Positions 1 through 10,304 of a stretch of 64,000 nucleotides of DNA are shown here, one piece after another (positions within the stretch are counted from its first letter, which is position 1; each line of letters begins with the position of its first letter). The position numbers were made by a program, and so were the translations under genes. The notes beneath the pieces are model-generated. The model saw only the letters and a program-made list of their open reading frames with translations, had not been told where the DNA came from and did no database searches. This stretch comes from Pirellulales bacterium (GTDB lineage: Bacteria; Planctomycetota; Planctomycetia; Pirellulales; PALSA-1355): positions 128,001 through 192,000 of the forward strand of contig CAVTBU010000007.1 of assembly GCA_963733035.1 (NCBI GenBank), in the 5' to 3' direction.

Positions 1-181
1 GGATGGTCGGCCGACCGCGGATATTCATTTACCGAAGCTTGACGAAGCATCGCTGGGACAGTTCTTTCAGATGATGATGCTGGCCACCGCGGTTGAAGGA
101 CGCTTATGCGGCGTCAATCCCTATGGCCAGCCCGGTGTTGAAGGATATAAAAGGCACATGAACGCGCTGTTGCAGAAGTAG
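1..181 (+). CDS. pgi: Glucose-6-phosphate isomerase, 3' end (partial)
   Basis: Frame 2 reads ...LGQFFQMMMLATAVEGRLCGVNPYGQPGVEGYKRHMNALLQK*, matching the PGI C-terminal NPxxQPGVExxK motif. Confidence 0.8.
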   Translation, partial: DGRPTADIHLPKLDEASLGQFFQMMMLATAVEGRLCGVNPYGQPGVEGYKRHMNALLQK

Positions 182-219
182 CGCGCCGAACGAATGCGCG
201 GCACGAAAGCGAGGTCATC

Positions 220-906
220 ATGGCGACGACGTTACGTTGGCTGGGGCACAACACCTGGAGCCTCGATACCGGCCAGCACAAGCTGATCATCGATCCGTTT
301 CTGAATGATTCGCCAACATCGCCGGTGAAAGCCGACGCCGTCGATGCCGATTTCGTGCTGGTCTCGCACGGCCATTTCGACCACGTGGCCGATGCGCTGG
401 CCATCGTCAAGCGTACCGGAGCCACGGCGGTCTCGAACTTCGAGATCTGCGAATGGCTCGCCGGCCAAGGCGCTCAGAACACCCAGCCGATGAACCACGG
501 CGGACAAATCGAACTGCCGTTTGGCCACGTGAAGTACACGCTGGCGTTTCATAGCTCGGTGCTTCCCGACGGCACCTACGGCGGCAACCCCGGAGGGTTT
601 CTGCTCAGCCTGGCCAACGGCAAGAAACTTTACTTCGCCTGCGACACGGCCCTGTTCAGCGACATGCAGCGGATTGGCGCTGTGGGGCTTGACCTGGCCG
701 TGGTGCCCATCGGCGACCGTTTCACGATGGGTATCGAGGACTCGGTCGACGCCGTCAAGTTGCTCGAACCGACTCGCGTGCTTCCCTGCCACTACAACAC
801 CTGGCCGCCAATCGCGCAAGACGCCAAAGCCTGGGCCGCGAAAGTCAAAGCCGAAACCAACGCCGAACCCATCGTGCTGGAACCCGGCGAAACCGTGACG
901 TTGTAA
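220..906 (+). CDS. Metal-dependent hydrolase, metallo-beta-lactamase fold (UPF0173-like)
   Basis: WLGH, IIDPF, SHGHFDH motif, DTALF, PIGDRFTMG, PCHYNTW; GAGG RBS upstream. Confidence 0.9.
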   Translation: MATTLRWLGHNTWSLDTGQHKLIIDPFLNDSPTSPVKADAVDADFVLVSHGHFDHVADALAIVKRTGATAVSNFEICEWLAGQGAQNTQPMNHGGQIELPFGHVKYTLAFHSSVLPDGTYGGNPGGFLLSLANGKKLYFACDTALFSDMQRIGAVGLDLAVVPIGDRFTMGIEDSVDAVKLLEPTRVLPCHYNTWPPIAQDAKAWAAKVKAETNAEPIVLEPGETVTL

Positions 907-943
907 CGTGGACTGCAACTCCTCCAGCCAACAGACGTGAACC

Positions 944-1327
944 GTGCGGAAAGTACACCTCGAACGGTCGCTGGCCCAATTTAGCGATTACTGGAATCCG
1001 CGAATCGTCGGCGAGTTGAATGGGCAACACGTAAAGCTCGCAAAGTTCCTCGGCGAATTCGACTGGCATCACCACGCCGACGAAGATGAAATGTTTTTGG
1101 TCCTGCGCGGTTCCTTTCGCATGGAGTACCGCGATCCGAATGGCACCCCGCAAAGCCTGCACTTGGAGGCGGGCGAATTCGTCACCGTTCCGCGTGGTAC
1201 GGAACATCGACCTTGTGCGGACACGGAGTGCCACGTCCTGTTGTTTGAGCCTGCCGGCACCCTGAACACCGGAAACGTTCGCAGTGACAAAACGATTGAA
1301 CATCCGCCCGAACTGCGAGTGGAATAA
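944..1327 (+). CDS. Cupin domain protein
   Basis: FDWHHHADEDEMFLV and VPRGTEHRP cupin motifs; GTG start. Confidence 0.85.
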   Translation: MRKVHLERSLAQFSDYWNPRIVGELNGQHVKLAKFLGEFDWHHHADEDEMFLVLRGSFRMEYRDPNGTPQSLHLEAGEFVTVPRGTEHRPCADTECHVLLFEPAGTLNTGNVRSDKTIEHPPELRVE

Positions 1328-1360
1328 CGTCGCGACTCGTTGACGGACAGGCCGCGGCGG

Positions 1361-1675
1361 TTATTTGTCTACCCGTACTTGGATTTCATCCCCCACGACG
1401 CGGACTTCGAATGCGTCGGTTTTGATGCGAGGATTGTCGCACCAGGTGCCGTCCGAAGTGCGGAATCGCCAGGCATGCCAGGGACAGGTGACGATGCCGC
1501 CCTCTAGGTTGCCGTCGGCCAGCGAGGCGCCCATGTGCGGACACAAGTCGTTGATGGCCTGATAGACGCCGCCGCCAAGATTGAATACGGCCACCAGCTT
1601 ATCTCCCACCGGAAACGCCATCCCGGTCCCTTCGGCAATCGCGCCGACCTTGGCAACAGTCACAAATTCAGACAT
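1361..1675 (-). CDS. Rieske (2Fe-2S) ferredoxin, NirD-like
   Basis: CPHMG...CPWHAW Rieske ligands; start placed at MSEFVTVAKV. Confidence 0.9.
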   Translation of the reverse strand: MSEFVTVAKVGAIAEGTGMAFPVGDKLVAVFNLGGGVYQAINDLCPHMGASLADGNLEGGIVTCPWHAWRFRTSDGTWCDNPRIKTDAFEVRVVGDEIQVRVDK

Positions 1676-1874
1676 ACGAAACCCGGCGACTCCAGCGGTA
1701 GTTTGCCCCAACGAATACATGGCCGGCCCGCGTTGCCGAACCATGTGCAGTCTATCTTAGGAAGAGACGCCAGCGGCGAATAGGGCTCGGCGTTTCGCCT
1801 GTCCGGTCGCCGTGATTTTTGCGATATTTGTAGCTGGGGTTTCCCCGCTGCCTCTCGATACTGCCCCCGTCTTC

Positions 1875-2711
1875 ATGCCCAACTTTCGACTCCTGGCAAT
1901 CGACATCGATGGCACGCTCGTCAACAGTCAACACGAGCTGACCGAACGTACGCGCCAGGCGGTACTGCGGGCCAGGCGGGAGGGAGTTGAAATCGTGCTG
2001 GCCACCGGGCGGCGCTATAGCCGTGTGTTGCCGCTCGTCGAGCCGCTCGAATTGAACGTGCCGTTGATCACCGCCAGCGGCGCGCTGGTGAAACGGGCCT
2101 CCGACCATCAAACGCTGTTCCGCGCCGAGTTTCTGCCAGGCGCGCTCGAGCATTGTCTCGAGGTGGTAGGCCACGTTGGCTTCGAGGCCGTGCTGTATGG
2201 CGATACCTACGATGCGGGATTCGACTTTTACCACCGCGCGGAGGATTCGACGTCGCCCCTTTTGAGCGAATTCTTCGCCAAGAACGCCGGGTTTGGACGC
2301 GTGCACCCCGAGATCATGACGCGTCCGCCCGAGGGAGTCTTCGCTGGCTTCGCCATGGGCACCCGCGTGGAGATGTTGCACTTGCAGGCGGAACTCGCTC
2401 GACATCTGCCGGAGCTGCTTTACGTGCACGTGCTCCGCAGCCCCCGCTATGCCGGCTTCATGTGTGAGATTGCTCCCTACGGCGTGAGCAAATGGACCGG
2501 CGTTTATCGGTTGGCCGAGGAGTGGGGCATTTCGCCGGAGGAAATCTGCGCCGTGGGAGATGATGTCAATGATATTCCGATGATCCAGGCCGCCGGTCTG
2601 GGTATCGCGATGGGCAATGCCGTCGACGAAGTGAAAGCAGCCGCGGATCGCGTCGCTCCGGCCAATGATGAGGACGGATTGGCCAAGGTCGTGGAGTGGG
2701 TTTTGCGGTAG
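1875..2711 (+). CDS. Cof-type HAD-IIB hydrolase
   Basis: DIDGTL, LATGR, SKW, GDDVND motifs. Confidence 0.9.
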   Translation: MPNFRLLAIDIDGTLVNSQHELTERTRQAVLRARREGVEIVLATGRRYSRVLPLVEPLELNVPLITASGALVKRASDHQTLFRAEFLPGALEHCLEVVGHVGFEAVLYGDTYDAGFDFYHRAEDSTSPLLSEFFAKNAGFGRVHPEIMTRPPEGVFAGFAMGTRVEMLHLQAELARHLPELLYVHVLRSPRYAGFMCEIAPYGVSKWTGVYRLAEEWGISPEEICAVGDDVNDIPMIQAAGLGIAMGNAVDEVKAAADRVAPANDEDGLAKVVEWVLR

Positions 2712-2794
2712 AATGGGCTAGGCAAACCCGCACCCGCCCGGTTTGACCCAGACTATTGGTGTCGTTTGATCCTCAGCCGTTATCGAGAGTTGTC

Positions 2795-5641
2795 ATGCAT
2801 TGTTTTGTCCGTCGCTCCGCCACTCTGGCCGCGATCGCGGGCTTGATGCTGGCGGCGGCCGCGGCACGGGCTGTCGACCCCGAATCGCCCGACGCGGCAT
2901 CCGTGGCCCGGCGGCTACTTGATGAGGGCAAATACGCTGAGGCCGAAGAGAAGTTCCGCGGCCTGCAAGCCGAACAACCGCTGATCGCTGCCGTTGGCAT
3001 CGCGCGTTGCCAACGTGCCACCGGGCATCGCGACGCGGCGGCCGAAACCCTGACGGCGACCTTCCAAAAGCACGCCGAAGCGGCCGTGCTCCCGGCGGAA
3101 ATGGCCGCGATCGCACTCGAGCGCGGCGATTACCCGGCAGCCACCGAGCTACTCGAAAAGGCCCTGCGGCTTGATGCCGATCAGGTGCAAGCCCATTGGC
3201 TGCGTGGCGAACTACGCGCCTCCACCGGTCAGCTCGACCAGGCCAATGCCGACTACGAGTGGCTCGTCGAATTCTATAACGCCCACGATGTCGACGACCC
3301 CGACACGCTACGCTGGATCGGCTTGGGTGCGGCCCAATTTGCCCGTTGGAACCGACTTAGTGATCAGTTCGGGTTTTTGGTTAACGAGTACTTTTCCGAA
3401 CTCGCAGGGCGGGTTCCCAGCTATTGGCCTGCCCATTACGAAGCAGGTCGCCTATTTGCCGAAAAGTACAACGACGCCGAGGCGGCCAAGGAATTCAAGG
3501 CCGCCCAGGTTATCAATGGTAATGCCGCCGAAGTGCATGCGGCCATCGGCGCTCAGTCGCTCGATCAATTTGAACTTGGTCCGGCGTTGGCCTCCTGCGA
3601 GCAGGCCCTGGCAATCAATCCCCAGCTGCTCGCGGCGCATCAGCTGCGGGCGGATATCCACTTTGCGAATTTCGAGCCTCGCGCGGCTGCCGGAGTGCTG
3701 AGCGATGCACTGAAATTGAACCCGGTTTCCGAAGATACCCTCGGGCGCTTGGCCGCCGCGTATCTTTCGACCGACGGCACGGCCAATCGCGGTTCGGAAA
3801 CACGATTCGGCAAGATCGTCGCCGAAGTCAACGACCGCAATCCACACGCGGGCCGTTTCTACCTGGCTCTGGCCGACGCGCTCGATCGTCTGCGCCGCTG
3901 GCCGGCGGCGGCCGAATATTATCGTGAAGCCATGACGCGCATGCCCCGGCTGATCGAGCCCGCGGGTCGGTTGGGCATGATGCTGATGCGTTTGGGCGAG
4001 GAAGCCGAGGCCAAGCAAGTGCTCGACGCCTCGTTCGCGGCCGATCCGTTCAACGTTCGTGTGAACAACACGCTCAAAGTGCTGGAAGTGCTCGACGGCT
4101 ACGAGGTGCACGAGACCGAGCACTTTCGCATCAAGTTCGATCCGGAGAAAGATCGGCTTACCGCCCAATATATGGGGCGCTGGCTTGAGCAGGTCTATCC
4201 ACAGCTCGTCGGCCAATTGGGCTATGCTCCCCCGGAGAAGTCGCTGTTCGAAGTCTTCAATCATGCCCGAAATACGGACGGTCACGGCTGGTTTAGCGCG
4301 CGGATGGTAGGCCTGCCGCGGATTCATCCGATTGGAGCCTGTGCCGGCAAGATCGTGGCGTTGAAGTCTCCCAGCGAAGGAGACCAGCGATTCAATTGGG
4401 CACGCGTGCTCAAGCACGAGTTCGTGCACGTGATCAATCTGCAGCAAACCGACTTCAACATACCGCATTGGTTTACCGAAGCGTTGGCCGTTTTGAACGA
4501 GGGCTACCCGCGACCGCAGGAGTGGAACCAGTTGCTCGTCGCGCGGGCGACGCAAGGCAAGTTGTTCAATCTTGATACCATCAACTTTGGTTTCATTCGG
4601 CCGCAGTCGAGCGATGACTGGACGCTGGCCTATTGCCAGGCCGAGTTGTACGCCGAGTACTTGCTCGAGCGATTTGGCGACGATGCCATCGCCAAAATGC
4701 TCGCCGCCTATGCCGATAACCTGAGCACGACCGAAGCCATCCAGCGAAGCTTCAGCGTCAATCAGCCGGATTTCGAACGCGGCTATCAAGAGTTCGTCAA
4801 GAAAATCCTCGCCGATCTACCACCGGCCGAGTCAGACGGCGAAAAGTCGCTGGCCGAAATACAAAAGGCCCTGGCCGCGAACCCAGAGGATCCGCAGTTG
4901 CTCGCCGAATCGGCCCAAGCGCAGCTCAACCGTCGCAACTATCCCCAGGCGCGCCGGCAGGCCGACGCCGCGCTCGGCCGCGATCCGAAGAACCAGCTCG
5001 CCCACTATGTTCGCGCCCGGCTGCATCTGCTCGTCGGCGAAAACCGCGAGGCATTCGACCGGCTGGAGAAAAATCTCGACCGCGATCATCCGCAGTCCAA
5101 CCTGCTGGCGCTGCTGGCCGGGCTCAAGCTGCGGGCCCAGGACTACGCCGCGGCAGCCGATCTGTACGAGTTGGGGGCTGCTCACGATCCGGGCGGCAGC
5201 AAGTGGCTCAAGTCGCTAGCGGCCGTGTATTTGAAGTCGGGCGACAACGCCAAGCTGCAGCCGGTGTTGGAAAAGCTGGCCGGAATGGACCCCGATGACT
5301 TGCCGCTACGGAAAAAACTGGCTCAACTGGCCATCGAGCGCCAGGATTGGCCGGCGGCCGAGCGCTGGACGCTGGAAGGCTTGCATATTCAGGTCCAGGA
5401 TGCCAACCTGCATGTTTGGCGCGCGATGGCCCTGGCCGCCCAGGACAAGGCCGCCGAGGCGGCCGACGAATATGCCGCCGCCGTCGAGCTTTCGCCCGAC
5501 GACCCAAAGTTGCCGATCGAGTACGCCAGGACGCTCGTCCGGGCCGGCCGAAAAGCCGAAGCCCGCGGCGTTCTCGAAGAGTTGCTCAAGCGTGCGGGCG
5601 ATGATCCCGAAGCGCGGAAATTGCTGAAGACGTTGCAGTAG
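2795..5641 (+). CDS. Secreted TPR-repeat protein with central zincin (peptidase MA-like) domain
   Basis: Signal peptide, many TPR-like helices, VLKHEFVH...PHWFTEALA (HExxH plus downstream E). Confidence 0.8.
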   Translation: MHCFVRRSATLAAIAGLMLAAAAARAVDPESPDAASVARRLLDEGKYAEAEEKFRGLQAEQPLIAAVGIARCQRATGHRDAAAETLTATFQKHAEAAVLPAEMAAIALERGDYPAATELLEKALRLDADQVQAHWLRGELRASTGQLDQANADYEWLVEFYNAHDVDDPDTLRWIGLGAAQFARWNRLSDQFGFLVNEYFSELAGRVPSYWPAHYEAGRLFAEKYNDAEAAKEFKAAQVINGNAAEVHAAIGAQSLDQFELGPALASCEQALAINPQLLAAHQLRADIHFANFEPRAAAGVLSDALKLNPVSEDTLGRLAAAYLSTDGTANRGSETRFGKIVAEVNDRNPHAGRFYLALADALDRLRRWPAAAEYYREAMTRMPRLIEPAGRLGMMLMRLGEEAEAKQVLDASFAADPFNVRVNNTLKVLEVLDGYEVHETEHFRIKFDPEKDRLTAQYMGRWLEQVYPQLVGQLGYAPPEKSLFEVFNHARNTDGHGWFSARMVGLPRIHPIGACAGKIVALKSPSEGDQRFNWARVLKHEFVHVINLQQTDFNIPHWFTEALAVLNEGYPRPQEWNQLLVARATQGKLFNLDTINFGFIRPQSSDDWTLAYCQAELYAEYLLERFGDDAIAKMLAAYADNLSTTEAIQRSFSVNQPDFERGYQEFVKKILADLPPAESDGEKSLAEIQKALAANPEDPQLLAESAQAQLNRRNYPQARRQADAALGRDPKNQLAHYVRARLHLLVGENREAFDRLEKNLDRDHPQSNLLALLAGLKLRAQDYAAAADLYELGAAHDPGGSKWLKSLAAVYLKSGDNAKLQPVLEKLAGMDPDDLPLRKKLAQLAIERQDWPAAERWTLEGLHIQVQDANLHVWRAMALAAQDKAAEAADEYAAAVELSPDDPKLPIEYARTLVRAGRKAEARGVLEELLKRAGDDPEARKLLKTLQ

Positions 5642-5650
5642 GAATGCCCG

Positions 5651-5980
5651 ATGACGCCTGAGAATCCATCACCTCCAAACGTCTCGCTTGCTGATTTTCA
5701 GCAGCTAATTCGCGATATGTATTTCGAGAAAGACGTCGCCCGCGGAATCGATGGGACATTCATGTGGTTGATGGAAGAGGTTGGCGAGTTGGCGTCGGCA
5801 TTGCGCAACGGCACGCACGAGGAGAGGCTCGGAGAGTTCGCCGACGTGTTGGCCTGGCTGGCCACGATCGCCAACGTTGCGGGCGTCGACCTGAGCGAGG
5901 CCGTGGCTCTCAAGTATGGCTCGGGCTGTCCGGGTTGCGGACAATTCGCCTGCACCTGTGCCGACGCGGAGAAGCCATGA
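5651..5980 (+). CDS. MazG-like nucleotide pyrophosphohydrolase
   Basis: EEVGELA...EFADVLAWL; C-terminal CPGCGQFACTC. Confidence 0.85.
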   Translation: MTPENPSPPNVSLADFQQLIRDMYFEKDVARGIDGTFMWLMEEVGELASALRNGTHEERLGEFADVLAWLATIANVAGVDLSEAVALKYGSGCPGCGQFACTCADAEKP

Positions 5981-8271
5981 AAGGCGGCGCGATGGTGAGG
6001 CGGAACCTGGTGGCCCCCGTGTTGGTCGCTGTTTGCCTGGTGGCGTGGCTGCCGCGATCGCGCTCGGCGGTCGCTCAAGATAAGGCCGCTCCCGCGAAAC
6101 CAACGGCCGGCGTGGTCGAGGCGTCGACCGCTGCGACGCCGCGAATCGCCGCGCTTCGCCCCGGCTTCAAGGGTCACTTCAAGGTCGGCTATTGGACTCC
6201 TTTCGTGGTCGAGCTTGTCGGCGGCAGCGAGACCGTCGAGGGACGCGTGCGACTCACGGTTCCCGATAGCGACGGCGTGTTGAGCCGCGTGCACGCTCCG
6301 GCCTCCGGTCAATTGACCCTCGAGGCGGGTCAACGGAAGAGCGTGCGGCTGTACGCCAAGCTTGGGCAAATTACGGGCGACGTGACCGTCAGCCTGGTCA
6401 ACGAGTCAGGAGGTGTTCTGACCACCCGCCGCTTTCAGGCTGGCGACGAAGGCCCGCTATCTGGCGTCATGCCGTCGAGTTCAACCTTGCTGGTTTCCGT
6501 CGGGGCCAAATCCGAGCGAGCAGGTTCTTCAGCGGTTACTCGCGGCACTGAAATGATCCAACTTGCCGAGGTCGCCGCATTGCCAACCGAGTGGTGGGGG
6601 CTCGAAGGAGTCGACACGCTCCTGCTCAACACCAGTGATCCGCGCATCGGCGAGGAACTGTCTCGAGCAGAGGCTCAACTTGCGGCCCTGGAGCTTTGGG
6701 TGCGCATGGGAGGACGAATGGTGCTCAGTGTTGGCCGGCGCGGTGAGGAGCTGCTGGCGTCCGGATCGCCGCTCGCGCCGTTCGCTCCCGGCGAGTTCGA
6801 GTCGGTCGTGCCGCTGCGGCAGGGCACGATGCTCGAAACCTATGCCGAAAGTGCCGAACCACTGGCGGCGGGCGCAGCGCTCAAGCTTGACGTCACCAAA
6901 CTGCGGAACGTACGTGGGCGGGTCGATGCCTTTGCCGGCACGGGGCCCCGCGATTTGCCCCTCGTCGTTCGCGCGCCGCATGGCTTTGGGCAGATCGTCT
7001 TTGTGGCGTTTGAGTTGGATCAGCCCCCCTTGTCCGACTGGGTTGCCAAAGGTCAACTCCTGGAGAAGATCCTGGGCCGATTCGCTTCCAAGGCCAGCGA
7101 TGAAGACTCCAGCACGCTGGGCGCCGTCACTACTTTGGGATTTGTCGATCTGTCGGGGCAGTTGCGCGGTGCGCTCGATCAGTTTGACGAGGTGCGGCTC
7201 GTGCCTTTTTGGTTCGTGTCGATCCTGGTGACCTTGTATGTACTGTTCATTGGTCCGCTCGACTACTACCTGGTCAAGCATGTAATCAAACGGCCACGAC
7301 TCACATGGATTACCTTTGCGCTCACGGTCGTGGCGTTCTCCGCCGGAGCCGTGCTAATGGCCTTTGGGCTCAAGGGGCGCGAGTTGCGAGTCAATCAACT
7401 CGACGTGGTTGACTTCGACGCCGAAAGTGGTTTCGTGCGCGGCACCAGTTGGTCGAACCTGTTCAGTCCCGAAATCGAAACCTACGATCTTTCGCTCGCG
7501 CCCAGCGCCGGCCAGACATCCGCCGGGGACGCTCGAGGAGGAGTGCTTTTCTCCTGGTTTGGACTCACCGGAACGGGCTTTGGGGGCGTCGACGCGGTGG
7601 GAAGTGCAACCGGCGGCATGGGGGCAGCTTCCGGCAGCCTGCCGCTCTTTAGCGTCGCATACGACTACTCGGCTCAACTCGATCGCATCGAGCGCGTGCC
7701 GATTGCGCAATGGGCGAGCAAAGCGTTCGTGGGCCGCTGGTGGCAACTGGGCAGCGGCGGCGTCGAAGCCAAGCTTGCCGACGACGGCCGTTTGGTTGGC
7801 ACCGTGACCAATCACCTCGACGTGCCGCTGACCCATGCCGTGCTGGTTTACGACCGCTGGGCCTACGTGATTCACGATTTCGCGCCGGGCCGACAGATCG
7901 ACTTGGAGTTCGATATCGATCCGCAAACCGTCGACACCTATCTGCGGCACGTCACGGCCGTAGGCGATCGGAAAGTCGCGGCCGCGTATAATCAGGCCTC
8001 GTTCGACGTGGCACGGATCGTTGAGGTCATGACCGGTCAGGAACTCGTCGCCGGCGGAAAAGCCTATACCGGCTTGGCGAATCAGTACCAGGGTTTCGTC
8101 GAATTGAGTGATCTGGTGCGTCTGGGTCGAGCGGTCCTCATCGGGCGCGTTGCCAAAGCGGGCTCGACGCTCGAGCGGGACGGCAAACCGCTGGCCGGCG
8201 CCGACGTAGAAACCAACGCCTGGACCTTCCACCGTTATGTGTTTCCCGTGGCGGAGCAGGGCACTCCCTAG
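5977..8271 (+). CDS. Large hypothetical membrane protein, probably ABC-transporter associated
   Basis: ATGA overlap with the MazG stop; signal peptide, central two-TM hairpin (ILVTLYVLFIGPLDYY...WITF); next to an ABC ATPase. Confidence 0.75.
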   Translation: MKGGAMVRRNLVAPVLVAVCLVAWLPRSRSAVAQDKAAPAKPTAGVVEASTAATPRIAALRPGFKGHFKVGYWTPFVVELVGGSETVEGRVRLTVPDSDGVLSRVHAPASGQLTLEAGQRKSVRLYAKLGQITGDVTVSLVNESGGVLTTRRFQAGDEGPLSGVMPSSSTLLVSVGAKSERAGSSAVTRGTEMIQLAEVAALPTEWWGLEGVDTLLLNTSDPRIGEELSRAEAQLAALELWVRMGGRMVLSVGRRGEELLASGSPLAPFAPGEFESVVPLRQGTMLETYAESAEPLAAGAALKLDVTKLRNVRGRVDAFAGTGPRDLPLVVRAPHGFGQIVFVAFELDQPPLSDWVAKGQLLEKILGRFASKASDEDSSTLGAVTTLGFVDLSGQLRGALDQFDEVRLVPFWFVSILVTLYVLFIGPLDYYLVKHVIKRPRLTWITFALTVVAFSAGAVLMAFGLKGRELRVNQLDVVDFDAESGFVRGTSWSNLFSPEIETYDLSLAPSAGQTSAGDARGGVLFSWFGLTGTGFGGVDAVGSATGGMGAASGSLPLFSVAYDYSAQLDRIERVPIAQWASKAFVGRWWQLGSGGVEAKLADDGRLVGTVTNHLDVPLTHAVLVYDRWAYVIHDFAPGRQIDLEFDIDPQTVDTYLRHVTAVGDRKVAAAYNQASFDVARIVEVMTGQELVAGGKAYTGLANQYQGFVELSDLVRLGRAVLIGRVAKAGSTLERDGKPLAGADVETNAWTFHRYVFPVAEQGTP

Positions 8272-8294
8272 CACATTCACTGAGGGCGCAACCG

Positions 8295-9242
8295 TTGATC
8301 GAAGCACACGACCTGACCATGAAGTATGGCGAGCTGTACGCCGTCAAATCCCTGGAGCTCGACCTCCAAAAAGGGGACGTGTTTGGCTTCATCGGCCCCA
8401 ACGGCGCCGGCAAGACGACCACCATGCGGATGTTGGCCACGCTCTTGCATCCCACCTGGGGCGAAGCCTACGTTTGCGGACATTCGATCTATACCCACCC
8501 GCGCGACATTCGCCGCCTGGTGGGCTACATGCCCGATTTCTTCGGCGTGTACGACGACATGAAGGTGATCGAATACCTCGAGTTTTTCGCCGCGGCCTAT
8601 CGCATCAAGGGGGCCGCCCGCCGCAAGGTGTGCGACGAAGTGCTCGACCTGGTCGATTTGGGCTACAAACGCGAGGCGCTCGTCACCAGCCTGTCGCGCG
8701 GCATGACGCAGCGGTTGGGCCTGGCCCGCGTGCTGTTGCACGATCCGCAGGTTCTCTTGCTCGACGAGCCGGCCAGCGGCCTCGATCCCCGCGCTCGCAT
8801 CGAAATTCGAGGTTTGCTCAAGGAGTTGCGGGGGCTGGGAAAAACGATCATGGTTTCGAGCCACATTCTGCCCGAACTGGCCGATATCTGTAATAAGATC
8901 GGCATCATCGAGCGGGGAGAACTGCTGGTCAACGCCGACGTCGATGAAGTGATGAAGCAGGTTCGGCGGCAGACGATTCTCAATATTGGCGTCTCCGAAA
9001 AGCCGGACGCCGCGGCCAAGTTGCTCGGCGAACATCCCGACGTCGAGAAAGTCGAACCGCGCGCGAAGGCGCCCGCCGGCAAGAACCCGCCGCTGGTCGT
9101 GACCCTCAAACCCGACATCGTTGACTACAGTCCTCTGGCGACGCTGCTGGTGCACAGCGGTTTCAAGTTGACGCTGTTCCGCGAGGAAGAGCTCAACCTG
9201 GAAACGGCATTCCTGGCACTGACCAAGGGAATTACCTCCTAG
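8295..9242 (+). CDS. ABC transporter ATP-binding protein (ABC-2 type)
   Basis: Walker A GPNGAGKTT, signature LSRGM, Walker B LLLDEP, SSH switch. Confidence 0.95.
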   Translation: MIEAHDLTMKYGELYAVKSLELDLQKGDVFGFIGPNGAGKTTTMRMLATLLHPTWGEAYVCGHSIYTHPRDIRRLVGYMPDFFGVYDDMKVIEYLEFFAAAYRIKGAARRKVCDEVLDLVDLGYKREALVTSLSRGMTQRLGLARVLLHDPQVLLLDEPASGLDPRARIEIRGLLKELRGLGKTIMVSSHILPELADICNKIGIIERGELLVNADVDEVMKQVRRQTILNIGVSEKPDAAAKLLGEHPDVEKVEPRAKAPAGKNPPLVVTLKPDIVDYSPLATLLVHSGFKLTLFREEELNLETAFLALTKGITS

Positions 9243-9302
9243 GCGGCCAAGCACATCTCCAAGTACGCGGAGCGAACCAACCGTTCGCTGCGGATACCTT
9301 CT

Positions 9303-9713
9303 TCATCCCTCGGACTTGATCCTTCCCTCCGCCCCTCCTCCGATTCGCGGCTTCGCCAGTTCACCCGTCGCATTGGCAATCAGTTGCTCGGGATTCGTCG
9401 GCATCGCGCCGGCCGGGCCGGCAAGCTTGTCGTGGTCGTTTTCTCCGCGGGGCTCCAGCATTTTCCAGGAGGTCGCGCCGCGCGGCGGGCCGTCGGCGCG
9501 TTGCCGCTTGCAGAGCTCGTCGAGCACGTGTTGCATGTGCTGCGAGGCGAGGTAGCCCTCCATGGTTACCCACTGCGGATGCGGACCGTAGTAAGCTGTC
9601 GGTCCACTCGAGCGCCGTAACAGCCGGTCCCACCAATTCGGCCGGCGATAGACCTTGAGCAGCAGATCGCCGCCGTTGCCGCTGGGCCCCACGGAAGTCA
9701 ATTCGTAATGCAC
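9303..9713 (-). CDS. Hypothetical protein
   Basis: GTG start with AGGAG RBS (MHYELTSVG...); no family recognised. Confidence 0.55.
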   Translation of the reverse strand: MHYELTSVGPSGNGGDLLLKVYRRPNWWDRLLRRSSGPTAYYGPHPQWVTMEGYLASQHMQHVLDELCKRQRADGPPRGATSWKMLEPRGENDHDKLAGPAGAMPTNPEQLIANATGELAKPRIGGGAEGRIKSEG

Positions 9714-9747
9714 GAGTTGTCTCCTTAGGTTGGTCGCCCCTATGGAA

Positions 9748-10235
9748 CTACTCCAATGCATTATACGCGGCGCGGACAGCCTCCATCCGTCGGCGGTTTG
9801 TCCCTAGATCCGAATAGCCGATGCGCGAGGCCGAGCGAAAGTCGATTTGCTTCGTCTCCGGATCGACGACGAATTCCACGTCGTCGGTAAAACGAAACAG
9901 TGCCGTGCGGAATTCCACGTGCAGATAAGCTCCCTCCTCGGTGACAATCGTCGTTCGCGGCATCGACGCAATCGCCCGCTTCAACCGCGCGACGGCTTCC
10001 TCGGACGAACCGGTGAACTCGAGGGCGCAATCCCGTGCTCTTCGTCGGTGTCCTCGGTACACACGCAGTTCGGCGAGGCGGGGCAGCGCCGCAGCGTGCC
10101 GTCGACCAGCCCCAGGTCAGCGGGCCGTGTCGAGAGCGCACTGCGAACCGCGAGCGAACCAAAAAACAACACGAGCATAGCCAACAGCCCGACGCCGAGA
10201 TAAATCATGATTCTTCGCCAAATCGTGAAAGACAC
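9748..10235 (-). CDS. DUF1499 family protein, apparent frameshift near 10023
   Basis: N-part CPASPNCV in one frame; C-part FTDDVEF...FRSASRIGYSDLGTNRRR in another. Confidence 0.8.
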
Positions 10236-10304
10236 GTGGCTCTTGGTAACGTGAGAATGGGAGTAGCCGAGCGGCGAAGCGAAATCCTCCTCCGCACGCG
10301 GTGT

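Noticed and set aside
5764..5976. 5' extension of the 835-aa ORF
   Set aside because: It overlaps the MazG-like gene; ATG 5977 gives a signal peptide and translational coupling.
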